Source: Spironucleus salmonicida (lineage: Eukaryota). From it: a DNA stretch of 64,000 bases. The DNA lies in assembly GCF_000497125.1 (NCBI RefSeq), contig NC_090604.1:62001-126000 (forward strand), in the 5' to 3' direction. A program made the translations under genes and the position numbers. Shown here piece by piece: positions 25,032 to 38,388 of the stretch. The notes below the pieces were generated by a model. That model was not told the origin of the DNA. It saw only the letters and a list, made by a program, of their open reading frames with translations, and did not search any database. The first letter of the stretch is position 1. The number at the start of each line of letters is the position of its first letter.

Positions 25032-26198
25032 ATGCCGATTACATAATCTAGCTCATCATTAAAAAATGATATCACTGTAGCTAACCATCCTGGATTAAAA
25101 CGTAGTTTATCGAAGATGGGTAGTAATTCATCATTCGGAAATTTTGGAGTAAAACCCTCATTGTCTTTTCAAAAGGAGAAACTATTATAAGTTAAAGATG
25201 AAGAACCAAACTTAATCCCTTTACAAGAGAAGAGTGCATTTTTTATTCCAGATGTAGAAGTATCAAATAGCATTTAATCTACACTTAGCTAAGAAGTTGA
25301 CAATGAAGGATATTTCAACGGTAATAATGTGGTTAGAAGTAGCAAAAACAGTCTATGTGAAAATAATAGTAATATTGCAAGTCCTATTTTTGAGCGTACC
25401 ATAGAACCTCTTGAAATGACTATGGAATCTTAAAATTTTGAAATTCCAGTTATTAAGCTCTCAGTTGATCCCCCACCATCCTTGCCAAGATTTTAACCCA
25501 GACCCTAAGAGTAGCAAATAGTCTAAAGACCAATTAATGATTTTAATTAAGATGTGTAATAATTAGACTAGATTGATAATAGTCAATTTTTATTTAATAA
25601 TGCAAATGAATAGTAAATTGACTTTAATTTAATTGATCAAAAGTTGAATCATGCTTATGAAGATATAAATCCATAAGTTGAGGACGAATAAGAACAATCA
25701 ATCGCCTAAATTACCAATCTTGAATTTACAAATTCATTAGCAGACTTCTAAGATGTGGTTGTCACGGCATTTGCAAAGCTAAAAGGTAAGGTTAATGTTC
25801 ATGATAGAAATTCTTAGATGCTTTTCACCTAATCAAGCTCAGTTTTAGAGGAAATTTTCATTTTATAAAATAATATTTCCGAATTTATTCAAACCCAACG
25901 TCAAAAGAAGCTCAACAGACGGTTAACTTATCTTTAGTTTGAGCATCAGTTTTTGAACGAAAAAATTGCTATAATAGAGTAAGTACTTATCGGAAGTGGG
26001 ATCCTTAAGTCAAATATGATTAATCTTTTATACTAAGAAAATGTAATGTGGTAAATTGATGATTATGAAGATTAGAGTTTAAGTATTGCTCAGGAAGATA
26101 CAGAACATACTTAAAAAGGGGAATTTTTTGTTGATAGTGATATTGAACTTGATGAAGTAGATGACTTAATTAAAAAGATGGCACAAAGGGCTAAATGA
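25032..26198 (+). CDS. Hypothetical protein, 388 aa (KRSLSK...AFFIPD module plus zipper module)
   Basis: C-rich motif before ATG. MPITQSSSS...GLKRSLSK...AFFIPD...LNRRLTYLQFEHQFLNEKIAIIEQVL...DIELDEVDDLIKKM; AGTGA just after the stop. Confidence 0.85.
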
Positions 26199-27432
26199 TA
26201 GAGTGATTGAAGGGATTTCTTCTTGATTTATCAAGCTAGTCTAATATCTAATAAACAATTCTAATAATCAAAAGTAAAAGATATATTCATAAAGTTCAAT
26301 TACTGTTACTAAGCTTTTATAAATATTAATAATTCATATGTGAAAGTTTTTTTAATCAATAGTATGATAATAAAGCTTAGTGGAATATAAATAAAGAATG
26401 TATCTAAGTATGTTTAAAATAAATTGCATATTGACTTGTATATTTTTAAATTTAGATCATTTTGATAAAAATTTCAATAAACTTAATATAATTGGAATTA
26501 ATACCAAAATTAGTTATATGAAATATTATTTTAAATGAGAAACGCAGTTTTACTAGTTAATTTGTTAAAACTTGAATAAAATATCCTAAAGATACTCAAT
26601 TTTGTATAATAAAACCCTTTTATACTACTAACATTTAGCAAAAAAGAAACTTTAGATAATTAGAACATTTCTGATGGCCTACATTTAGTTTAACATCATA
26701 GCAAAGCAATTTTCTTTATATTAGAGGTTCAATATGTTAAAAGTAAATAATAATACTTTGATTATAATTTTATAGTTGTATTTTTAAGCGAGGAGTAATT
26801 AAAATTTGATTATCAGGAAAATATTATCAAATTAATAATCGCTTTGGAAGTAAAATAGTAGTAATAAGTTTCATAAAATTTAAATCATAAAATCGGCAAA
26901 TACTTATTATAAAACGACCATGCTTACATGTAAATTATATATTCGGACTTGAAATAGGATTGTATAATAGTGACTTAGTAAAATTTCAAATTATTTTTAA
27001 ATAGTGTTTTAAAAATTGATTAAAGTAAAGGTTTAATTATATATAGGATCTTTTAAATGAAATTTTATTTTATATAAACCTACTATATATTATAATAGTA
27101 TAAAAAAATAAATTGTAGTTAAACGGTAACCTTAGCGTATTTTACAGCTGATATAAAAAATGTATTCTACTTTAGAACAGTAATTTTTAGTTAAGCCGAT
27201 AAATTAAGCAATAATTATCACCCCCTTATCGATCAATATACACTTATTAAACCAAATTGCAATGCTCTTTGAATAATTTAGATATTCTTTAATAAGCCCA
27301 GTCTTTCCGTTACCACACCCATATCTTTTAATTAATATAATAACACAAATATTTGCCGATAGTAAATCACAAATTTGTGTTCACAAGATATTATTTATAT
27401 ATAAATGATTATGTTCATTTCACTCCCTCTTA

Positions 27433-28179
27433 ATGGGTTGTGGTGCAGAGCAAAAAGTAATTCTTCCTAAAGAAGACATAGTTATACCTTAAGTAAGAAC
27501 TTTAAAATAGACGAACCAATTTGACCCAAATTCTTCCCACCATGAACACTCAATTTCGTCTTCATCCACGTCTGAGGAGTCTCCAAACTTTTTACTCTTA
27601 CAGGCAATTGACGATGACGATTTGGCATTTATTTAAAAAAATTATGAGAATTTTGATACTGATATAATAACACCATTAATATACACAATCGAGCAGAATA
27701 AGCCACAATATGCAAAGTACTTTTTAAACAATCTGAATGCTAAGTTTGATCGGTAAACAGCACTTGTAGCAGCTATTCAAAATGGTCATTTAGAGCTTAT
27801 AAAAGACTTAAAAGTTGAGGCTAAACGTAAAATTCAAGGTGGAAACACTGCACTCATGATCGCTGCTAAAATGGGATTATCTGAGTGCCTCCATGATTTA
27901 CTGCCCGGTATTAAGTATTAAAATGATCAGTTGCAGACTGCTTTAATGTTAGCAGCAGGCAGTGGAAAATCTAATTGTATTTCAATTCTTAAAGACGAAA
28001 TCAGTATGAAAGATTGTCAGGGAAGAACAGCGTTAATGTACGCTGTCGAAAACCAGAACGTAGAGATTATCAAAATGCTCCTTAAGGAAAAAAAGATTCG
28101 GGATTGCTAAGGAAGGACACCTCTTGAAATCGCGCGGGAGGTTTGCTGTCCAGATGAGTTGATAAAGTTGCTTGTGTGA
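27433..28179 (+). CDS. Ankyrin-repeat protein (Giardia protein 21.1-like), 248 aa
   Basis: Repeats TALVAA, GNTALMIAA, QTALMLAA, GRTALMYAV, GRTPLEIA; N-terminus MGCG. Confidence 0.92.
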
Positions 28180-29052
28180 AGTAATTGTTTCAATTCTAAG
28201 TATTAGAACAAGATAATTAGAAAATAGTTGAATTGGTTTAAATCTAATGTATTGTCTTGTTTGAGTTATTTAGTGGAAGTAAAATAGTTAAATTAGTAAT
28301 ATATTTTCTTAAGATTTTAGCAGAAATTACTATTTCTGCATTTTAAGCATAATTCATCCTAATTCTAGAACAGTTGATACCAGCTGCTAGATAAATGAAA
28401 ACTAAATATTTTAAGGTAAGTGTCAAATTATGCTTAATTTAAATTATATACATAAATACTATTCAGTGTTCAATCTGAGCTTAAAAGTGATAATGTTATG
28501 GATAGCTTGTACTTTAAAAGTTTTTAATCAGATATTATATTTATTTTACCTAAGTTGTTAAATATTAAGGTAGATATTGATTCATTATTTCAATTTGTAC
28601 TGGGAAAACTGTATAATTTAGTATGCAAATATAAAATTATATCATTAATACTCATTATAAAGTTTTCTAAGCTACATATTAATCATTATAAGTTCGTAGC
28701 AAACTTTTACAGTGAATTATATCAATTTGACTAGATTATATTGCAATAAACTAAAATTTAAAATGTTCCACTCACAAATTTTACTTATGCATAATTATAA
28801 CAAAAATTTAAATCATCTAACTCACATGCAACTCATAATTTCCACCAAATCAATTGATTTTTCCTAAATATAAATTACAACCTCCATTTTAATTTTTACC
28901 TGTTCATAAGCTTACTACAAAAGATCTCTCTTCTAGCATATTTAATAATTATAATACATTATCCTCGCTATCTAACTTATATTCTCACTCCATAATTCAT
29001 ATTATTATACTATATATTTGAAGATATTTTTCCTTCCGCAATTTATCCCAAA

Positions 29053-32000
29053 ATGCCACCGAAACCTGACGAGAAAGCCATAGCCGATGCGGCAAAACTC
29101 TTCAAAAAGCAGCTCGATGAGGCCAAGCAAAAACAGCTCGAATTCAACACTAAGGAGTTCGCACGCCTCAATAAGGTCAAAACACTCATTTTGAACCACT
29201 GGACGGAAATAGCAAATTACGTAGCGACTACCTCTTTAAACGACAAATAGTCACTCCAAACCGAATCCCAGGACTTCTCAAACTTCTTACGCAAAATTTC
29301 GGCGGAGCGGAAATCCGAAATTGAACTAATTTCGACCGAGCTCAACTGGCAGCAGTTCAAACAGCAAACATAAACCGCCGAAAACGACCTCATTCCCGCT
29401 CTAGATACGCTGCTTTCCGCTCTAAAATCCGATTCTACGGTCTTTTCGCTCCAAAAAAATCTTAGCCAAAATCCGACGCTCCGTAACATTATCGAACAAA
29501 AGGAATCAATTTACGAGATTTTTCTGGCAGCTGTGACCGAAATTTGCGACCAGCTCGCGAAACTTGAAAAGTTTATCGATTTGGAATGCAAAAACGAGTA
29601 ATTTCTATAGAAAATCGTTCGCAGTTTCCCGAAAAAGCAGCTCGTGAACGACAAGGTCGGCGACTTGCTAATTTTAAGCGATTTGGGTCAACAATAAACT
29701 GAACTTTTCGATCTTTTTACCGTCAGAAACGAGTTCGTTGCTAACGACGAAAATCAAATTATCGTCGATATGACACTCAAAAATGAGCTTTTTAAGGCGA
29801 ATCCGGTACCAAAAATACAAGAATTTGATGAAAAAATGAATTTGATAAGTGGAGTAAAAAAAGAAGCGGAAAAAGACTCAAAAGAACCTGTAAAATAAGA
29901 GACTGCGCCGCCCAAGAAAAAGGGCAAGAAGGGCAAAAAAGTCGAAAAAGAGCCCGTGAAAGAGGAAGTTGACGACGAAATTCTACAGCTCCACTCTGTT
30001 ATATCGACACGAATTGAGCACTTTAAGGAGTTTTAGTAGCCATCTGAGGCCCAAGATTTGCTCAATAAGCTGCTCGTGCAGACGCTAAATCTCGAAATTC
30101 CGGCACTTCCAGAAACGGAAGAACTGATCGCTGAACAGCAAATTCATCGCAAAAACGAACTGCAACTCCTCAAACAGCAACTTTTGACGATAAAACCAAC
30201 TTTCACGCTCCCAACGTCCCCAGTTGACCAGTCATAATTTCAGAAAATCGCGCATTACCAGTCGGTCCGCGTGCTCTACAGGGCATATTTATTCGATTTT
30301 CTGGATCTTTCGACGAAGCAAATCATCGAAAATCCCGAAAATTACGGCGAATTGAACGAAATTCTGAAACTTTCGTACCCTAAAAAGTTCGAAAATGAGA
30401 ATTAGGAGGAGTCTGAGCACTCGATTTCGAGCTAAAATTCATCCTCAAATGAAGAGGAAAATTCGACCGAAAACGCTCAAAAAAACTCACTAAATTTCGA
30501 AAATTTGCAAAAATTGAACCAGAAACCGGACATCGAAGTAGAGGAAAAGGTCGAGCAATTTGACTTTTAGGAAGACAAAATTCGAGTTCAAGTAACGAAT
30601 AATTAGGACGAATTTGACATGAAATTCGCTGCTTTTCGGCCTCGAAAAACGAATTATAACAAGCAAAATATCACTTCTTTGAACGAGCAAATCGCGATTT
30701 TCAACAACGAAAAAAAGTTCAATTCAGTGCGAATTTAGCTCGAGGATTAGTACGTAAAACTGGTGCTAAATAAAGCTTTTTAAACGAACAATTCGAGTCA
30801 AATTTCGCGTTTACTCGCAAAAATATTATCCAGCGAAAAAGTTTATTTTGGCGAAATTTACACTCCAAAGCTGTTCAAAATTCCGTATTTGACGCTCTAA
30901 GAACGCGTTTTGTTGAGCCAAAGTGGAACGGAAATTGAAGCGAAAGCGTCAGATAAAATCAGATTAGAAAAGATATAATAGAAGATATAAATGCTAAATT
31001 AATTGAATAATTTGAATATTCACGCACTCCCTTTCACTTAAGGAGTGGTTGTAACTGCTAATCAAGGGAAGGGCAAAATGATGAAAATCAATTTCTCGAG
31101 TGCGCTCAAAATCGCAATTCCAGGAATTCTCAGTATGAGCAATCTGTGCATTAGAATGAACGTTTTTGACGTGAAATTGACGAGTTAAAATGACGGGTTT
31201 GAGTGCTTAATTTCGGAAATTGAAGGAGTGGAAAATCAAAATTTAATTAACTTTTTTGAAAAACGTGAGGTGTAAAACGTGGGCGAAAAGACGCTCATTC
31301 AGCTCATTAAGGAAATGGGGACGCGCTATTTGAAAGATTAGAGCGAAATCAACGAAAATACGCAAATTTAAGAAGAAGCGTCGAAAATCGACAAACTTCA
31401 GGGTGTAAAATCCGTAAATATCATATAATTGTTCGAAATGCGCACTTCGCTGAAGTAGAAAATCGCAGACTTGAAAATTCAGCTCAAAACGACAATTTAG
31501 GAACTTTTCACTTCTAACATCTACAGTTTAAAAGATAATAATTATATTGTATAATATATAATATTAATAAAAGGAATTAGATTTTTAGAAACCGAAATTG
31601 AAAATTTGAATATGAAAATTGTCAAATCGCACTATTCAGTGATATTAAAGAGTTAAAGCAATGAATTGCTGACAGTGAAAGGGAAAAAGTAGAAAATTTA
31701 GCTCCAAGATGCTCAAATTAAGCAGAACTCAGAAATCCTGAAATAATATTTTTAGATGCTTAAAACTGACGTTTTGGATCTCGATTTCTTCAATAATTCT
31801 CTTGAAAATTTGACTCTTCAGTCCGCAAACTTGAAATCAAAAGGGAAGAACAAATTCGAAATTCCAAAAATTGAAACTTTCTACGAGAAAGTGGAAGGAA
31901 CAAACAGTAATTATTATATAACTCCTGATATTGTTTAAATTTCGAAATCTTTCCAAATTGACGTCATTAGAGTGCCTCAAATTCAACAGGAAATCAACAA

Positions 32001-34674
32001 TTGGATGCCAAAACTTTTACTGAACGATGACATCAATACTACTATTTAAGGGCACCAAGCCTACGAATTTGACGACCAGTCTCTAGATATCTAACTGGGT
32101 CTGGAAACTCCCCAAAAATACGTAATTTCGAGGCCGGTCAAAGACTAAATTAAGCTTTTGCGTGAGATTTTGAGAAGCAAAAAGTCACAAAATAATCCCC
32201 AAAAAGTCGATATTTGCTCGGAAATTAATAGTGAGAAATACGTCCCAGCTACTACTTTTTACGTCAAAAAAGAGGCCCCGGTTAGCTAGCAGTATAATGT
32301 TATTAATATGATTAAATAGCTTCCTGTGATCACTCCAAAATCGTCACATATTACTGATTATTATATAAGGAATAACAATAATAATATTCAAAAACTCTTC
32401 AATTTCTTTGAAGAAACTGGCGAAACCGTCAAATAAGGTAAGCAGAAGGATTTCTACTTGAACCCGAAGCCATTTATTGATTATTTCATCTATCCGTCTT
32501 CTTCTAGCTAGCAGTTTAACTCGTATCCAGGTTTTCCGCTGCTTAAAATCTCAGAAATTGCTAAAGAACGTGCCAAATACTCCATTTTTGACTCAGTTCT
32601 CACCTGGAACTCGATTATCAACATAAATCAGGACTAGAACAGCGTCATTAACCCAGTATTAAACCAGGAAACCGAGGATAAGTCCAATCAGTACATAATA
32701 ATTGATATTTAGCTGTCGAATGAGCTCTAGTGCGGGATCCGTCAGATTCTTGACGTGCAGGAGACCACACAGTATTTGCAGCAAGCGTATCTCTTTTAAG
32801 ACTTCTCATCGCTCCTCGGAGCCTATTTTGTCGGCTTCTACAACTCTCAAACTCAAACTTTCGACCCTGACGGCGTTATTAGCGTGAACTACAAACCAGA
32901 GAACGGGTTTTTGACCCTAAAAGTCTTCAAAACAGGAATTTTCGGAATCTGCCAAATCCGTCAGAACCTGAGCGTAATCAGAGGCTGGGCGGCCTTCCCA
33001 GAGGATAACAGAGGTGACGGCTACTCCATGCGGGAAGCGAACTTGGAAATCCAAAAATATAATGTTAATATTAATGTATAATAATAATAACTAGGAAATT
33101 CTACAGCTTTCAATTCAAGTATGAACTATACTAGTATATAATAATAACAATTTAACACAAAGTAAACTCGTTTCAGCTATTTTTCGCCCGATCAAATCCT
33201 GCAACGCTCAGGCAAGCTTGCAGACATCCCTACGATGTTCGATGCGCAGGATTTGCATGTGAATTTCTTCGTAAATCGCGCGCTGTAGCTGTAAAGTCAA
33301 AATCAAATTCAGACGCACAGCGTGATCCTGCGACTGGCGCTCGCCTCGAACGTGATTTTGACTCTCCGAATTCTGCCTGAAGGCTTTGAAATTTTCGATA
33401 TTTCGACCCTCAAAAAGTGCGAAATTTAGAACGAAAACTGTGCTGAATACGTCGATTTTGACGAATTTAAAGTGGAAAGTCAAAATTACAATCAAATTAA
33501 AGTGAACGTTCCTGTGAGCATCGCTAACAGCGTTTTCAACAGCGTTCAGGAGCTCGCTTACGTGCTCGCGAAGATTGGAATATTCTTATCGCCGTTGACG
33601 GATTTCGAGATTTAGCAGCTCAAAATTACGCCCAAAACGAGTGAAATCGAGGTCGAATTCGCACGGCAAATCGCTGTTTTACTCACAATGAGCAATAACG
33701 GAAAATCGACTTTGAATTCGATTTTCCACTCCACGTGGAACCGAAATTTGCCCTCAACGATCAAATCGTTCCCGGAAACGAACATGTTCCAAACGCTCTA
33801 GGACGAGTTCGATATGAGCAATTTCATGATCCGTGGAATGCTGCCTCCCGAAGATATTCCGAATTACGTGAATTCGGAGCTCAAGAGGCTCAAAAAAGAG
33901 AAAAAAGACATGAAAAATTGGATGAAGGAGCAGCGCAGTGTCGACGAAAAGGCCGCACGAAAAGCCGTAACGACAAAAGTTGATTAGAAGGTCGAAAAAG
34001 GCGCCCCTTCAGCGCTCGGTCCAGGTGTTTACGGTATGAAAACAGAGGCAGTAGAAAAGCGATAGAAAGCAATTGACGATATTATTAGCTATATGGAAGA
34101 GTATCTGTCGGCTGTAGATCTGATTCGCGAGGTAAAGTACGAGAATTCGGCATGTTTTGTTTTGAACAGCACCTAAGTGAAGATAACGAGCGAAAAGGCC
34201 AGCGTGAACGCGCTGGTCATGCACTAGTAATTGCTAGAGAATTTGGAATTCCCAAAGAAAGCTGGAACGCGCCCAGATTTGCCGCTTACAGTGTCGGAGT
34301 AGAAGAAGAAGGCCAAGCTCGAGAAATTGAAAAAGAAAGAGGCCGAAAATATCGTCGAAAACGAGGTCGAGGAAGTTTAGGAGCCGCGCTGCACGCAGGT
34401 GAAGCCGTTCCAGGTTAACAGTGGAGAGGAGTTCACAATTTGTATTAATAAGTCGCGTTTTGACGCCTTCACGGTTAGGGCGAGCGCGGTGCCAGTGGAC
34501 GGACCAAAGGTCGAAGGGGAGGAGTTCTGCAATATGAGCATCGACGGCACCGAGGCACACGCGAGTGTTTTCGGCCTCTTCGGTATGAGCGGCGCGGACT
34601 GCCAGTGCGACCCGCTGCTCGTCGGGAAGGTCTACGAGCTGATCTGCTTCCTGAGGCTGGGTAGTCTCGGATGA
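29053..34674 (+). CDS. IC97/CASC1 (DNAI7)-like axonemal protein, ~1873 aa
   Basis: Start and stop are in one frame, and the segments read join through TAA/TAG. N-terminal MPPK plus K/E coiled-coil; ISVNYKPENGFLTLKVFKTGIFGICQ...GWAAFP, HSTWNR, HASVFGL and C-terminal ELICFLRLGSLG recall the CASC1 C-terminal domain (recognised by eye). Confidence 0.65.
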
Positions 34675-34874
34675 TGCTGAGTGAGGGGTTCAGATGGATG
34701 TTTTGGGGAACTTTGGCAATTGGTTTAGTCTTAAACACAATTTCAGGATAGTGACAGACAAAACGACACTTTACAAATATACATTATTATTTGTTAAAAT
34801 ATATTATAATATTCCAGCTTGTAAAAACTATTTTCTCAACATATAAAATAGCTTCAGAAATGACCAAACCCTGT

Positions 34875-37304
34875 TCACATATGCCCGTACTTGAAGGCCA
34901 GCTTGTCTGCCTCGTCCATGCCCTCATCGCTCTCAGGGTGGAAGTAAATTTTCCTCGGAGCCTCCTCGTAAACGGGAATGATTTCGGGTTTCCGCTCCTC
35001 CCTCGCGCTGTAAATGTCACCGCTTTTGCTCAGCAGGCAGCGCTTCATCTGGATAGTCAACAAATCGCCGTTCAGCAGCACGGATTCCAAGGCCTGTACC
35101 TACTGATTCAGCGCCTAATTCTCGTTTTCGAGCATTTTGAGCCGCTTTTTCTGGATGGTTCCGCTCTTGAACTGGCAGTACTCCTGCGCTACGTTGCGCA
35201 GCTCGCAAAGCCTCTTGAGCACCAGCTGGCCTCTGAAATGCTCCGCAGTAGTACCCTCCTCCAGCACCTTCACGTCATCCATGAAGTGCTAGCAGGCCTC
35301 GGTCGCGGTCTGCTGGAACTCGTTTATTGCGTTCATCGTACCCTGCTTTTTGGCGTTTTTGCGCTTTTTGAGCTTCTGAATCTGCACCTGCGCTTGCTGC
35401 TCGTGGGTGATTTTCATCTACGTGATCTGCTCCTAAATCAGCGACTCAGCGGCTTCCTTCTGCCGCTGCATTTCTTCCTCGTGCATCTGCTACTCCAGCT
35501 CATCCTAAATCCGTTTCTCCTCCCGCTCCTTTTCAATCATATCTTGGATGTGTTTGCTGTCCAAAAGGTCGTCCGGGGAAACGTACGCAGGCGCATCTTT
35601 GTCGTTATTGTCGAATCCTAGGAACGTGTGCTTGACCGCGACCTCCTCGATGGTCTCTTCGACCTTTTTCTCAACGGATTGTTTGAACTGCAGCGCGGTA
35701 CCCTTATTCTTCACGGCCGAGTTCTGGCGCTTGAAGTGACCGTCCTTCACGAAGGAGCTTTTAGCGGTTCCGAGCACCGAGAGCTGCTCGATCGGCTTCA
35801 GCTCAGCGAGGTCACAGATAAGCGGTTTGAAAGCGTTGCGTGGCTATTCCTGGGGCTCCACTGGGCCCTTGGCCTCCTGGGACCCCTCCGTGATGTTGCT
35901 CAGCGAGTGATTTGTGTCCTAAAATGACAATTTTTCGTTGGAATCATTCTGCTGCTCCTGCTCGCCCATCGCGAAGATCTATGAATTGTCCTGGGCGTCG
36001 CTTTCGGTCTAGAACGACAACTTTTCGGTCCCGCCGGCGCTCGAAACCAGTTCAGGCTCCTGCTCTAACTGTGGACTGCTGAAACTGCTCTTTTTAGCAT
36101 TCTAAACGAAAAATTCCGTTATATCATCTTCATTTGTCGTAAAAGGCTCTGGAATTTTACATTGTGAGCCAGAGAGCGATTCTAGCATCGACATTGTCGC
36201 GCTGTCTAGGATTTGGAGGTTCTCGGCAGGAATTGACGTCTCAAGCCCTGGGAGCGTTGCCAGCTCCATCAAAGTTTACGATGGAGGAGGTAGGTCTGGC
36301 TTGGAAAATGCTATTTTGGGGTTAATCGGAGCGCGCTCGTAGTCTTCAGAGTCAGATTGAATCGTCGAAAACGGCTCTGGGACTTTCAGTTCGTCTTTTA
36401 TCAAATCACTGAATGAAAATGCAGGAATCTGCTATTGAAGAAGATTTTCTTCGGAGTCTAGTGCGTGTTGCGGCACCTGCTCCGAGTCTGGGATATAAAA
36501 GGCTTTGAGTTGTAGCTTGACTTTAACCTCCTCCTCTTCGATGTGGAAGCTGCTGGTGGAAGCTGCTTTAAACTTAAGGGAGTTTGACGACCCGTTGTTG
36601 GAGCTGGAGCGGGATAGCTGCTTTCTTGGGGCTTTTTTGCTCTTCGACTGCAGTTGCTTACTGGATCTATTTTCGTAGTTTACATAATCCACCAAAATAT
36701 ACTAGAAAGGATTCTGGATCTCGGGGTCAAATTCTTACGAGTCTTTTAACTGGAGTGGAACCACTGCAGTTTGTTCGAGAGCTTCGGCTTGTTTTTATTC
36801 TGCAACCTGCAAATCGGCGGTCTCTTAGGGGAAATAATCTGTGATATGGAGTTGCTGGTGCTCGTCAGTATCTGGAAGTTGCTAAATATCCTAGCTGATA
36901 TTTGACAATAAGTCTTTGGTTATAATTTCGTGCTCAGTTTTCTCATGCTCATTTTAAAAAGATATATTATCCACCTCTTATTGAACTTCTTCCTATAACA
37001 AATCCATAAAATTAAATGTCGGAGCTTTCTCAGCTTCTTCTTGCTAACTCTCAGACTGTCTTCTCTATTCATCAGTTATATCGCTATCTGGAATATAAAA
37101 GGCTTTTGCTGGTTTACGAACATGAACTTCTTCCTCATCGTCTACAATTACTTTTTCAGCTGCTGGTCTAAACTTAAAGTTTGTAGAATTGTTACTAAAT
37201 GATCCTTGTGCATTTTAAATTTTTGACAGTGACCTCTTAAGGCCCTTTCCACCTTCTCCTTTCATGCCCAACTTGGAAGTACTTCTTTTTGGCAATTAAT
37301 CCAT
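34875..37304 (-). CDS. Hypothetical acidic protein, 809 aa (two KAFYIPDS modules plus zipper module)
   Basis: Track fragments 36432..36695, 35505..35777 and 34875..35090 are in one frame with ATG 37304. Confidence 0.85.
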
Positions 37305-37862
37305 TATATGGAAAGTAAATTTCTTTTAATATAAATAATAAATATAAATAAATTATTAATGAAGCCAAAATTCGCATTTAATAATTACTATTACAGTTCT
37401 AAATTTAGATATTAGTAAAATCAATTTAAGCATTATATTAAATAACATTAGTAATTACTATAAATAAATAAAAAATAAAAACGAAAAACTAACAAAGAAA
37501 CTATTATTCACTGTTAATAACTTTTATCGTAAATTAAATTACTCCTAATACTATTAAGATATTCTGAAGATATAAGTATATATTAACTATAAATTGGTTG
37601 AGCTAATCTCAAAAATCGATCAATGAAACAATATATTACAAACTTTGATTTATTCCATTTTCTTTACCATTTCTCTAATTCCATAGATTATTAGCTAATT
37701 TAACAGTTTTTTCGTATCTAATATAAAGTTAAATTTCAGATAACGAATAACTTTAAAGATTATTGCAAGATTTTATTCAGTTTATAATTTTATTTCATTT
37801 ACTTATAGAATATTTATACAGATATTTAATGATGTAAATTCTAAAAATAAAATAAATAATGT

Positions 37863-38039
37863 TCATTCGGTGTTAATACAAGCAACGGGGCAAGCACCTT
37901 CGCAGCATCCACAGTCGACGCAAGCGGGAGCATCAATGATGGATTTACCATCATCTTTAGCAGTAATGCAGGAGGTGGGGCAAACACCAATGCAAGCCTG
38001 ACAACCAATACAATCGCTATCATTGACAATTCTGGGCAT
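37863..38039 (-). CDS. fdx: 2[4Fe-4S] clostridial-type ferredoxin, 58 aa
   Basis: MPRIVNDSDCIGCQACIGVCPTSCITAKDDGKSIIDAPACVDCGCCEGACPVACINTE has two CxxCxxCxxxCP motifs; ttccgcttcc upstream. Absent from the ORF track. Confidence 0.96.
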   Translation of the reverse strand: MPRIVNDSDCIGCQACIGVCPTSCITAKDDGKSIIDAPACVDCGCCEGACPVACINTE

Positions 38040-38388
38040 ATTTAAGGAAGCGGAAAATATATTCTGCTACTTTTATATAACAAAAATAATATAATTTTAG
38101 ATAGTTTCACCAAGTATTGTAGTTATATAATATAATGAAATATATATCTAATTTATTATTTGAGAACAACATTAATCCAGTATTTTCTAATAATATTTGC
38201 TATAATCTACTTGAGATAATTTATATTATATTATAAATAAATTATATTTGATAATAACCTTAGCAAGTAAAACTGTTTTAAATAACAAATCAAGTTAAGA
38301 AATCCAAAACCTATTTTTCATTTTAAATAATAAAATTAATTAAAGAATATTCATATCTTAGAAACAAATAATAAAAATGGAAATTTAA

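Noticed and set aside
34791-35621. Long plus-strand ORF (276 aa) and similar ORFs at 9084..9680 and 3936..4610
   Set aside because: These are antisense shadows of real GC3-rich genes on the opposite strand.
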